DNA from: Iphione sp. A-MEVVRFRX5
Taxonomy: Eukaryota
Direction: 5' to 3'
NCBI GenBank assembly: GCA_976226885.1
Contig: OZ320316.1
Coordinates: 97,402,001-97,466,000, forward strand
Length of the DNA: 64,000 bases
Positions 38,015 to 50,069 of the stretch are shown piece by piece. The notes under the pieces are model-generated. The model had not been told where the DNA came from. It was given only the letters and a program-made list of their open reading frames with translations, and did not search any database. Position 1 is the stretch's first letter. Every line of letters starts with the position of its first letter. Position numbers and translations under genes: made by a program.

Positions 38015-40805
38015 CACACAGCCCCAAACAACAGAAACTTGTCCCCCCTCCAGGCTATTGGTGATTTCTAGGTCGGAGGTCAGGGGTCAGGGGTTCCGAT
38101 TCCAAAGGGCAAGGAGTCAAGGGTCACTATGAGGGACAGGGTCAGAGGTCAAGGTCTTGGGAGATGGATCACTACCATTACCTCTTTCTCGCTGGGTCCA
38201 GGGGAACAGACAGGGAATCACGTCTTCCAAATGGAGTAGCAGGCAACTCAAGACAGTTTCATTATCTTTGCCAATATATTTGTTATTCGGTAGTTTTTTC
38301 CTCAAAAAGTAACATTTTATGTCATTCTAAGTGGTATTGACAAAACAAAAACTGAACCCAAAGGTACCAATCATACATTAACATTTAGACTTTTGCATTT
38401 CTTCTACACTAAAACGTAGTGAAAATCTAAAATCCTGATTTCTATTTTGGTTGTATGAGGGAGCTGGCGCTAACATTATCAAACAATTGAGAACTGCTAA
38501 GGAAACGTTCCCATTATATATCAATTTAGAAATAGTTATTTTCATATGAACAGGTATACATACACCTACTTCTAGTTTCTACCGATGGCTGGAAAATGGT
38601 GCAAAATAAGTGTACGTGTACATGTAGTATTCCACTGGGTAAGCAACATCCTGCTGGGTCTAGTTTGGCAAGGCACTCCCTGACATGCAACATACTGTGC
38701 GCATACGCCAGACAAGTCAAGGGGAAGAACATCAGTTATTTTTTTAAATGGCGTTCCCCTCTGTTTCCTACTCCCTCTCATCGCCCCTCCCACCTATCTT
38801 TCTTGAAGAAGTATATCCACCTGAGGCATATTCTCTTCCGTACTGTACAAGAGATGCCTGACAATCAAAGTAGGTAGTTCTTAATGTAAGACATCCTTAA
38901 TGTAGGACAGGGAAATCATAAGTGATGAAATCCTGTCTTTTAACCTAGCTCCCTCTCACTTCACTGTGTACATAGAGAGACTATACTCACCTGAAGAACA
39001 ATCTGTTTAATGTTTTATTTATTTATTTTGTTCATGGTTGTATCAACGAGTGGAACTACAGCCGAGTTAACTCACAACATTCTATTTGATGGCGATAATA
39101 CATAACCAACAAATATGAGAGGTAGTTCTTTATGTGAAACATCATTATTGGAAAGCAAGAAAAAAAACGACCATGCAGTTTCTATCAAAGGCAATCATTT
39201 TACTTCATTCCCGCCAATCTTCTATTCTTTCCTGAGAACGTGTGTTCACCTGAGAAATATACTCCCATCTCGATATAAAATGTCTCTCTCAGGCCATGTA
39301 TCCATGAGGTATGTGCGTGTGGATAGCGTATGTGTGGGATAATACCAGACTGTAGGTCTGCATACGGATGTTTGCACGGCAGCACTGTGTGCATACATAT
39401 TTTTGCTGTGTACATTTTGGAATGAGCATTGCTCTAAATTTTGGACACCGTACTGTAGGGACCTGCACGAAGATGAGTAAGGCATCGATGATACGGTAAG
39501 GTACAAGTCCACGTATAAAAAAAACCGAATGAATTTGCGTATCATTTGCATAGAAACTGCACAGTAATGGATCGAGTTATGGATCAATTTCAGGAAATTT
39601 ACCCTATAAAAGACCAAATTTACCTGCATACCTAAGCAGAGAGGAGGACACAGGAGGGGAGAAAAAGCACGAGCACTGATGGAAAAACCAACTGTAAGAG
39701 GGTGTGGGGAAAGCTTCCTGCACGTTTCCCACATGCATACACCCGTATTCATGGAGACATGGCCTTCAAAAAACTGCATGATAAGAATCCTCAGTAAATT
39801 CTAAAGCCCTAAAGCTCTAGATGGTTGAAATGTCAGAAGGTCACACAAATGAACTCCCACGTTCTGTAGTCACAGAGGAGGGAACAAGATCACTGGAATC
39901 TACCGAACAGGCTTTCGGAGGTCACCAGGTCGGGACCTGTTAATTATGAATATGCACTTAAATTAAGGGTGTTACAGTCACTTCAAGACTACAACGGAGG
40001 TAATACTATTTGTTGCCAATCCTACTTTATCCTATTACAAGTGTCAGCATTATTACCTAGCAAGTTGCAGATGTCAAACAGGGGACGATGGCCGAAGGTA
40101 GGAGCGAAGCAGGGAGTGGGAGGAAGGGACAGAGAAAGGGAGAAGAGAAAGAAGACGCACAAGCAAGCATAGGGAGGAGTGAGAGAGAGAACGATCCGAG
40201 GAAAAAGGTCATATGGAAAGAGAAGAGACAGATAAACTGACACAGGTATAAGAATGAGAAAGAGTCGAAGGGAGCATGAGAGGAAGAAACAATGAGGGGA
40301 AATTCAAGTGCAGGGAGTGAGATGAAAAAGGCCGACAACGGAGGCCGACAGACATCTAGGTATGAAGATGCATACAGACAGACAGAGCGAAAGACAAATA
40401 GACAGACAGGACTGGTTCAGTGACCATGAAATAAACGGCCTAACATTCCTGTGTTTAAAAACAGCCAGTGTCAAACACATGTTCCTGTCTGCCTCTCTCC
40501 CCGCCTCTCTCTCTGTGACGGTTCCTTATTACTCCTGAGAACCTCACTTTCGCGAAATTGCTCCGAAAAAAAGGAAACCTCAAAGAAATAAGACAGGAAA
40601 GTGTGGCGAATCCGATCCAAGCTCAATTTTTCCGCCCTCCATCGGAAACAGGACAGAGAACACACTGACTCCGAAATATTAAAGATCGTCTACACAGATG
40701 GTCTTAGCGAATTGTGGAGGCCGCGAAAATTAAAGTGTCCGCGAGCGCCTCGTGCGCGTATTCCCCTCGTGCATGGAGCCGTTCGTGAGCACGTGACAAC
40801 CCCTT

Positions 40806-40819
40806 GTTACCATGGCAAC
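40806..40819. promoter_or_regulatory. RFX X-box GTTACCATGGCAAC
   Basis: Full 14-bp match to GTYRCCATGRYRAC. Binding not demonstrated. Confidence 0.5.
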
Positions 40820-43800
40820 CTGACATGGAGATTGCTGTACAGTTGCTCTCTTCTGTCAGACTGTGTGGCGGTTGAGTGATTATAACGTTTGTCTGTGCAG
40901 TGACAGAAAGAGATGAGGTGCGCCTCCCATCTGTGCAATGGCGTATGTATGTGTGTTTGTGTGTGCATACGTGTGTGGGCAGAGGTGTATGTGTGCGTGT
41001 CTACTATACAGCATGCGGGCGAGATTATAATATTGTCTGCGCGATGACAGAAGCAGGAGATGGGTTGGTCTACTGAGCAACACGTTAAGGGTACTAAACC
41101 TACCCATATGTAGAGTATGAAGTGGGAGATTTAATATCTATTATCTACAAGTGATGCTGAAGGGAAGGAAGGCCTTTTAGCCAGAGTGTGGTGAGCCAGT
41201 GATTTGATCATCTATGTAACGCTGCAGAGAGAAGGTGGAATGACCCTCTATACTGCATGCTGTGGGTCAGTGATTATACAGTCTGAGGGGCTATTCACAT
41301 CAATCCTTACGAAAAATATGTCTACGTGTCTGGAAGCATAGGTACCCCCTGAAGTTTCCGTATTGTAATTGCTCAAATGTTAACCGGATGTATTTTACTA
41401 TAGACTCCTTCAGAATCTGCAGGTGGATGTGGGGGGAAAAACCATCCCCAATGGTTTGGAGTATGCATCTGCACGCGGATGCAGAAAAGTCCTGATATAT
41501 GTGAATGGTGTCACTGCTTGTTAGGGGCTGGGAAAAAATATGGCCCCCAATCCGCATGTGGAGCTTACAAATACATGTATGTACACATGTGGATAGCCCC
41601 TTAGTCATGATAGTGGGTGTGGGGCTGTGTTCTGTTTTATGTGTTGTGCATGAGTAATTAATGCATTATCTATTTAATACTGAAGAAAGGTTGTGGTAAG
41701 TTCATATGTTTATCATTTCGTGGATGAGTGATTCGTACAGTGCCTGTGTGGTGATGCCGGGAGAAGGGGCGTGTTATACCACACGTGGTATGTGAGTGTT
41801 TATCACATCACCTGTGTGTAATGTTGGGAGTGGTTGTAGTCAGGTGGATCCTGGTGTAGATGGTGGGACGGGGAGGCAGAGAGACAAAAACGACAAAAAA
41901 AAGGGGGGGGGGTGGAGAGAGACGAGAAAGAGAGCTAGGCCGGGATCAGAAGAAAGGAGGAAATCAAGCGCACTGGAGAGAGGTAGAAGGAGAGATAGTG
42001 AGGTAGAGGTACAAACAGATGTAGGGATACAGAGACATAAAGAGAGTGATATAGAGGCTTGGACAGAGAAGACCAAGACGAATGGACAGCAAGGCAGAGA
42101 GTGAACATGGTCCAAGAACAACACTAGTGTGGTATCCCTTTTGACCATGACCCTTTTGTAAGGACCTCACTCATTGGCTGGACAGATTTTAGGCATGCGC
42201 AGTGATCATAAAGCATGGGGTTATTTCCGGCAGCCGTTTTATAAGAGTAGTGTAAAAAGGTAATTTTGTTGATAAAGAACCGTGAAGCTGGTTATAAAAT
42301 ATTGAAGGGGTCTAACAACTAATGGAACTAATGGATGTGTCTGAAATTGGTAGTACAAGTATGATTTTGTATATGGATAATTTAATGTACAAACCAAGTC
42401 ATGCGGAACGGATATGGGCCGAATAATGAGTGACCACACCATCATATGTATAACAGTGCTCTAAACCTCTCCACCATTTTAAGGACTGTTTCATCTCTAT
42501 CACACTACTGGCACCACTGGGAATGGAACCCAGACTGTTCTTAGTCAAGGGAGGTTGAAATACAGCGCCTGACCAATGAACCGTGAAATTATTCCCACAA
42601 TAGTCCATCGATCTGTGACCAGGTTACGGAGTAGCTATAGTTCCACCTCATTGAATCCAAATGGTTAAAAAAAAGAGAGGGTGGACTTCCGATCGTGACG
42701 AAGTTCCAACACCTTTAGCAACAGCTTGGCTCATTAATTAAGGAAAGTCAGTATTGCATAGCGAGAGCAATATGGTACATAATACAACACGCCGATGTTA
42801 AGTTCTATGGGTTTTACTTTATACGGTGAAACCTGACTAATCCGGTCACCAATAGTTAAATCCTGGAAGAGTGAGATGGCTGAATTAGTGGGGGAAATTA
42901 GGGTGGATTTAATAGATTTTAACCCCTTTTCAACTGGCCGGACGAGTGAGGTAACCTGATTACTGAGGACACCCCATATCATGAGGGTTAACAGTAATTA
43001 CAGATCATTTGTAGGCTCCTTCTGTGGGCAATCATTGCCTTTTCATGTAGAATTCGGCTCACGTGTGACCTGTGTGCGCTGTTTAGGCAGCCGTGCAGTC
43101 AGGTGGGAAGTCACGCTTCACTGAACATACCCGCCTACCTTGCACAGACAGCCGTGTACATTATGCATGCACAAAGAGTTTGCATGTATGAAACCAGCAT
43201 CTGTGCTGTTCTCATGTGAATGTTCTGAGAATGTTTCAGTTTTGAAAGGGATATGTCATAAATCCAAGAAGCCACACCTCCAACAGAAGCCACATCTTAA
43301 AAAGAAGCAATTTAGCTGATCTCCAAAACTGTCGGTGAGGAGCAGACCATTCTTAATCCAGTGTGTCTCTGTTTGGTATAACCTTTACTCTGACTCAGTA
43401 TAAATTACTCAACTTACTTCTTTTCTTTTATGCTATGAATGATTTTTACTCAAGTGTCACAGCAACTCCTGCTTGATGTCTATTACATATGGCTTCTCAG
43501 AATCAGTCCAATTACACACATGTTATCCATGGGTCTTCCAAGGGTTCAGTCTAAATAGCCACTAAAAGGAACTTGCTCGAAAGGTTCTTCCACAGAGGTG
43601 ACACTTTCTCCTAAGTGCCTAGCAACACTCAAAGATCGCCCCCATCTAAAGTGATTCCAGCAGCTTCGATTTTTAACCCTGGCTTGCTGGGTGCTCGCTT
43701 TTACTTCAGTCGCTGAGGCTCTATCGGTGCATACAGTGCACTTCATTATCAAAGGGTTTTTTTTATGTTCTCTGCTCACGGTCGATTTGACTGTACCTCT

Positions 43801-44477
43801 GCTTTCATCTCACTCTGGGTATCCTCTGTGATGTTTTGCGCCGTACCCAATCTGATTGTACCTTTATGTATATTTATACATGCATCTGTCGATCTGGTCC
43901 GCTCTAAAATGTAACCGCTCTGCTGTAACCGTGTGAAGTACTGTCGTTTATTTCACGAGCATGTACTTGCTTTATGTTTTTTTTCTCTAATTTTATGTCC
44001 ACTGGCGATTTCGTTTTCCTTCTACCTTGCTTTTCCTTTCATACTGCGTATTTTCTTCTGGTGTATACCCAATGATCAATATTGATGATATACATGCACG
44101 TGTACATATACGTCAGTTTTATCCTGTCTCAAATGTTCCAATCCACCCAGACAGTATGGAAGACAGTCCCACCCCAGTACATTCCACGCGCTGTCTTAGC
44201 TTGTCGATATGTTGATATAAATCTTTCTTTTTTTGTGTCTGTCTCCTTGTTTGCGTATGGCCCCTTATATCTCTTTCCATCTCTTGTTGCTGTCCCTTTG
44301 TATCAGTCTCTGAGTATAGTTATCTGTTCCGTGCATGTGTGTAGTCTTTCTCCCTTAGCTCTTTCCTCTCACCAGCATCTGTGTATCATTTCCCCTCTCT
44401 CTCTCCCCCCGCCCCCCCACTCTCCTATGCCTGTCCCACTGTCTGCATTTGTCTCCTCTCTCTATTTTGTCTGTCCC

Positions 44478-44519
<42 letters not shown>

Positions 44520-44811
44520 CTGTACGATGTTACCAAATAATGCTGCACCATCACTAAGACCTCCACCGGACTTTGTTTACCTTCAAGGAAGGCACGTCAT
44601 TGTTTTCTGAGGCTGCGATTGTCTACCGTCACACCTATAGTCCTTGACACGTCCATTTGCCACCGTTCAACTGGTCCCCTCTGGGCTACTGCCGTCAGGT
44701 GTCAAAGGTCTAGGTTCATGACCTGAGGACAATATACCACCATTACGGTGAGAGGTCTCGCCTAAAATGGCGCTGAGGAATCGCTAATGAGAAGGCAATA
44801 GCCAAGGGTGA

Positions 44812-44966
44812 ATTTAGTGCCCATGGCCACTCATAATAAAGTACAGTTATTGTCTATGGACACTCATAATAAAGTACAGTTAGTGCCAATGGACATTCAT
44901 AAGAAAGTATAGATAGAGCCTACGGTCATTCATAATAAAGTGTAGTTAATGTCAGTGGTCACTAAG
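44812..44966. repeat. 33-bp minisatellite, ~4.5 units
   Basis: Units start at 44823, 44856, 44889 and 44922, with a partial unit at 44955. Consensus atggacactcataataaagtacagttagtgtca. Confidence 0.85.
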
Positions 44967-45814
44967 AACCGGGTGCAATTACTACATATAACAGAAAGTG
45001 CCTGCTGTGCTTTCAGTTATCGTATTCTGCGCCGTTAAAAAGCCGTACAACACTATTGTGTGACTGGTTTTGTGGCAGACGTCAAAGAATGTTGCAAAAC
45101 TCTGCGTCTCATTGGTCGAAACACAAAACGCACAAAACACCCTACTGCGACAGGCTGACTGACAAAACGGTCCTAGATGACATCAGGATTGCCTTCTACA
45201 AAAGCATCAAAGCATTTTGAATGGATCAAATGGTCCAGCCTATCGCCCGTAAATCACTGATATGGTAATTCTTGTGTGGTACAGGCCAATGTAATGGTCC
45301 CACCTATTAGGTACGTACGCTTTCCATTTAATGCCACCTGTTTGAGGACGAGAGAGATCGAGGGAAAGAGAGACACAGACAGAGAAAAGGGACGATGGGA
45401 GTGAGTGACACTGAAAAGTGAGAGAGAGTGACGGTGAGGTATGAAACTTGGGGGCATAAGAGGGGAAAGGCAGGGAATGTGATGAGGGAGAGATGGACAG
45501 GAGAGAGACATGGGAAGAGGGGCAGAGACACAAAGAAATATTTACATACAGTAGAAAACCCTCTTATATGACCAATGCAGTGGCAGCGCGTTCTCCACTG
45601 AATACAGGGCTGGTTTTTCTATACAGTACTGGTACCAGCAACTACTGCCCTAAATTCTGAGTTACTCCTGCTGGCTGAGTTTCTCGCGGAGTTGGCTGCT
45701 AATGGAGATACATTCAGGTGTCCCCATGGTCGGCATTTAGGTAAGGAGATGCGAAGGCACAGTTGCCTTAAAGAGGTAAATATTAGGGGAGATTAAGAGT
45801 AAGAGCCTCCCTAC

Positions 45815-45999
45815 CTGAGTCGCCTGCGTTGATGTGGTGGTGGTCGTCAGGGGCTAATGACGTCTCCGCCCTACCCGACACGCTTGACTGACTCACGACG
45901 CTCTGACGTCCGCGTGGTGACGTCACAGGCGTGCTGCCGTTCCGGCCCGTCACGCCTGACTTGTTGGAGGGCCCTGGGCTGGCCTTGACAGGTACCCAC
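45815..45999 (-). CDS. OTOP: OTOP coding exon 2 (WVPVKASPGPSNKSG...DDHHHINAGDS)
   Basis: Acceptor ttcattcttaattttccag|G and donor CAG|gtaggg. 185 nt, open, phase 2 in and phase 1 out, matching both neighbours. Confidence 0.8.
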
Positions 46000-46833
46000 C
46001 TGGAAAATTAAGAATGAAGCAGAGGGTTAGATGAGATAAGGTGAGATAAGGGAGAAAGGACGAATGTGTGATGAAGGAGAACATGGGAGACAGAATATTA
46101 ACAGTCAACAGTCAGTTGAGGGAGAGCAAGTGAGTTTTAGGTAAGTTATAGCGTTGACGGTCACAGGAGAGATGAAGGAGAGAGGGTGAGATAAAAACGT
46201 GGTTAGTTATAGGTAGGATATGGCAGGGTGAGGGGTGGATAGTAACAGATGCAGTGAGGTATTAGGAGTCATGTTAGTAAAGGGCTAGAGGGGTGGGTAT
46301 AACTATGATAAGTGAGAGCGAGTGAGTTAGAGGTAGGTCACAAATACAGCCCTGTGACAAGAGGAACGACAATTCTGATTATAAATACACATATATACAA
46401 GTTTATCACAAATACAAACTTTACTGTGTAGCATTCTACATGCATAACGTAAGCTTTAATCCACAGTCCTTTTCCTTATATTAAAAGTCTTCCTTTATAT
46501 AACGTGTGGTTATGATTATAAGCCCTGTTGAACTTATAATTATAACTCCTACTGAACATAACTATACAAAACGTAAAATCTCTACTCAATACAACCCTGC
46601 ATGTTGTACTAATTACCACTGTTTACACAATTCTTTAGGTAAAATGATAAAGTTAACAGGATCTAGCTTTGGGTTATAATAATCTCTACTCTATATAAAC
46701 ATGTCAATCAGCAAGTACGTGTACTATAAATAAACCAAGGAGTAGCTAGGTTAGAGATCCATATTAGGAATCACACCAGGGTTGCGGTTGAGGGTTGAAG
46801 TACCATGAGCAGGCCTTCCTCCTGGGGCCATAC

Positions 46834-47531
46834 TTGAGGTTAAGAGTAGGGAAGTCTTCCACTTTGATCTTCCAGTGTTCGTCCTCCAGTAACCTCCTCT
46901 GTCTCTCCTGTTCCTGCTCCTCCTCCTCCTCCCGTTCTCTCCTCTCCTGCCCCTCCTCTTGTTCTTCTACTCCGCTGTACTGCCTTAGGTTCCTCCCGTC
47001 CGGTCCCTCTGTGCTGCTGTTGCTACTGTTGCTGGTGGTGTAGTGATGTACTTGTATTGCGTTCCTTCCCTGGGGCTGGTGTCCGCCTCCTCGAAGACAG
47101 AGCTGGCCTTCACTCCTTTCCTGTTGCCTGTCCCTTCCGTCCAGATGATCGCTTCTTCTGTCATTCTGGCCTTTATTCCTGTCTCCCTGTTCTTCTCCCC
47201 TGCTCTTGTTCACATCCTGCCTGTACCTCCCACCTCTCTTCTGGTACCCTGCACTGCTCTCCTGGTGCCTCGCACCTCCCTCCGGGTAACCTGCAGCTCT
47301 CTCCTGGTACCCTGCACCTCTCTCCTGATGCCCTGCACCTCTCTCCGGGTACTCTTCCTGCATACACTCTGGCCCTCCTATTCCGTCCACTGTAATATCT
47401 CCACTATATTCCTCCCCCTCTTTGCTGCTGATGCCTTCCTCCTCTTCCTGGGGGTCCGCCTCTGCCGCGTGCTGGCCCAGCTTGCCCATGGGAACCATCT
47501 CCACGCTCTCATCCACCCCAATGATCGTCAT
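46834..47531 (-). CDS. OTOP: OTOP coding exon 1 (start codon; disordered N-terminus). 3' end ambiguous: 46834, 46804 or 46777
   Basis: ATG at 47531 in CACCATG context with an in-frame TGA 9 nt upstream. Long open frame MTIIGVDESVEMVPMG...EDFPTLNLK. All three GT dinucleotides between 46860 and the stop are phase 2, which matches the next exon. Linked to OTOP by strand, phase and position, not by sequence homology. Confidence 0.7.
47213..47359 (-). repeat. 21-bp coding tandem repeat (~7 units; ERGAG(H/Y)Q-type heptads) in OTOP exon 1
   Basis: Plus-strand units such as ctctcttctggtaccctgcac and ctctctcctggtaccctgcac at an exact 21-bp period (47234, 47255, 47276, 47297, 47318, 47339), plus a degenerate unit at 47213. 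Confidence 0.85.
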
Positions 47532-49890
47532 GGTGACTCAGGTTCACCCAGATGAACCACGCTAGTAATCCGCAACAGAACGACTAATCAGCCAAAGATA
47601 AGTCGTCAACTCAAAGCAAAGCTAAAATCAACTCAAAATCTTTGGCAAGGGAACTTGCTCCCAAACAGACTTGGCTGAGTATCAATCCACTTTACCCCAG
47701 AAAAATGTGGGTGAAATTTCACGTACATGTAGTGACTATCTCTGACGAGGGTCGTAACATTTTTCTTAGGTCCTACGATTGGTGATTTTTAGTGAAATAT
47801 AATCTCAGCCAAACTCTCTGCCAAATACGGAGTGTTGTCAATAGAATCGTTCCCTATTAGTTAGTCTGCCTTTCCGGATTCACCCTGGACAGCACGTAAG
47901 GTTACGACACTACCGTTTATGTTAGAGACGAAGACAGAAGGATGACATCACTACGTCACGTGATGTGTGATCATAGGTCAGAGGTCAATAGTGGCTCCTG
48001 TGCACCACGGTGCAGATTGGAACTCCTAGAGAAAGTAAGGAATCAGAATGATCCTCACAGATGGGGATTTGAAAATAAATGCATGTTGACGTGTCATACA
48101 TATAGAACTGTATGGTTAGTTAACGCATGTGACACCTTCCAGTCTAGTGTTCTGATGACAATTAACGCCTGTCCATGTACATGTATACAGAACTGAACAG
48201 TCCAAATGTACTGTACGGATATGGACGCAGAAAATGGGAAAGTTTGATTGACGTGCGATTCCTTATCCACAGAAACAATCAATGGCTGTTTCTCTCAAAC
48301 TCGTCCCTCGGAGCGAAGGGTTGAGCTCCTGACAACCGTTTGATGTACCTATGGTGGCTGTTAGCCACTGCGGGCAGCAACAGCAAAGGGTCTATACGGA
48401 TGGGTCCTGACAAGCCAGCAAACGGTCTATAGATATGCACAACCCCGGCTCAGGTCAGGCTGGATGTTCTATATAGTCTGTAGACGTGACTCCGTCTGTC
48501 TACCCGGCTCAACTCCCACAGAAGAGCAATATCCTTCCTTGTATATAACCAATGAAATCCTCACTGAGATACACACTGTCCTCAATGGCATGAACATTTA
48601 CAGCAAACGTGCGAAGCGCCAATAGTCGTTGAGCATCCCAGACTTTAAAAGACGGTATATGAAGATGAAACGGTGGGCCGTGGTGAAACGTAGGAGAGGG
48701 GCACGGGTGTCAGGACACGGCCTGGGAAACGGACTGGTTACTTGAGGTTGGTAGCTCGCCACACGGTCGCGATCTGCTCGGACCGACTCGCTAACCGTGG
48801 TTATAAGACGCAGTTCCGGGATGTAAACATGTCCCCTTCCCTCCTTTGCTCCCTCCCTCCTGCCTCCCTCAAAGACATAGCATTCCTATTTCAGCTCCAT
48901 CATACCTTAGCACACCTCTCCTGACCCCCCTCCCATCGCCCCTCCCCTCGTTATTATCATCGGTGAGTCGGTCGGGGATTTCCCAGGAACGACTCACTAC
49001 CGCTCAAAACAACAACCGATGCTGGCGCCGCCATCGGCAACTGGAAATGCCAGCACAGCGGATTTCCCCACCACCGTGGCCCGCTGTTGGCCTCCTGTCC
49101 CGGCCCGGGCTGTCAGCCTTTGCCTGGGGGGGCTCCTTCTCCCTGGCCCTTCCTAGGAAGCTTCTCTCCCTAGCCCCTTGTTTCATGGTCTGATCTGTTG
49201 GTGGCTTTCTTGGTAGGAAATGTCTCTCTCGTCTTCGCTCCTAACCCTCTGCCTGGCGTCTTCCAGATTGCTGGCTTGGGCCGGGGATTGTCGCAGTGGT
49301 GTCGGGCCCGAGGTGCGTTATCCGGACTTCTGGATGAGTGGATCTTCTGGTATGTGCCTAATATGCCTGTGCCTGTTCAATATGGAGGTCCAGCAGCTGG
49401 TCCAATATTTTTTTAACTCTGTAACGCACCGCCATGACGTCGCTGGGAACAAGTGTGGATCCTGCTGCAAAAGGGAGCGTGTATGTATATGTGTGTGTTT
49501 GTGTACATGTACGTGGGTAGGGGTGGGGGTCTGCCCCAAGCTATCCCTCTCCTCAGGAGTTCCTAGGTCAGCATCTATGACATCTCGAGGAAAGACCGCG
49601 GGGGTGAGATGTAGATTCCATTCAGGTAGACTATTCTGTGTACGTGCTTTGTATTCCACGTAGGACCAGTGTCCTGTCTCCTGTCCTCTCACTCTGGAGT
49701 ATGACAGACTACTCAGTGCTATGGCAAGGACTGTACTACTGTTGGCGGGTTCACGTCTTGTTACATTTTGTTTCCGCTCGAGTGAGTTATGCAGAGTGTT
49801 TCCCTTCTGGTGGATTTCATTACCGAAGTGATTGCGGGTTTTGTCATTCTCGCTGGAAACCAACATTTCTGAATGGGGTTAGTACCCCCT

Positions 49891-50069
49891 CAGTAGGGAG
49901 TCTCTATTTACGACCATCACTTGGGACCAAGCTTAAATGGTCTTAATGGCAAATTTGGTCTTAAATAGAGTATTCAATGTATAGAAATTAAGATTTTTGT
50001 TCCCAACTAAAGTGGTCTTAAATAGAGAATGGTCACAAATTGATATGGTCGTAAATAGAGACTCTACTG
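49891..50069. mobile_element. Tc1/mariner (pogo/Tigger-like) MITE, 179 bp
   Basis: TIR cagtagggagtctctatttacgaccatca / tgatatggtcgtaaatagagactctactg followed by TA. Internal tggtcttaaatagag subrepeats are the reverse complement of the motif type in 30377-30551. Confidence 0.8.

Larger units (their letters stand above)
3461..47531 (-). other. OTOP: Otopetrin-family proton channel gene, 5' part (7 coding exons; 3' exons lie beyond the left edge)
   Basis: The exon chain has AG/GT boundaries and compatible phases: E1-2-E2-1-E3-2-E4-0-E5-(gap, 1 required)-E6-0-E7-1. The spliced product contains recognisable otopetrin segments: LSGLYALLLVTMG, FYIYLFGVSIVFLLYVY, HTGSFYLR, AFGIGAMIH, LHLAFTFIQLYFIFLNSK, RFGLTHMVATNLCVWF..KET. 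The symbol is family-level only; no paralogue can be assigned. Confidence 0.93.

Noticed and set aside
38985-38993. Perfect minus-strand donor CAG|GTGAGT in intron 2
   Set aside because: The upstream sequence is A-rich with no polypyrimidine tract or open frame, and exons 2 and 3 already join in phase.
43546-43779. KCTVCTDRAS, resembling the start of a nuclear-receptor zinc finger
   Set aside because: The following G-x-HYG and remaining cysteines are absent.
44812-44966. 33-bp periodic repeat as a CRISPR array
   Set aside because: Units are head-to-tail with no unique spacers, and the context is eukaryotic.
47043-47555. 170-aa hydrophobic plus-strand ORF (and the 46795 and 47057 ORFs)
   Set aside because: Antisense shadows of OTOP exon 1 and its 21-bp repeat.
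48655-48695. ATGAAGA...ACGG-TGGG-CCGT...GAAACGTA hammerhead-like arrangement
   Set aside because: C3 is missing and the hairpin is not adjacent to the core on either side.
49200-49450. HIRHIPEDPLIQK, resembling the C-terminus of RTE-type reverse transcriptases (also the DLTIGDRISQVSPYK segment at 42734-42982)
   Set aside because: The similarity is a few residues by eye and the expected flanking motifs are missing; BLASTX would be needed.
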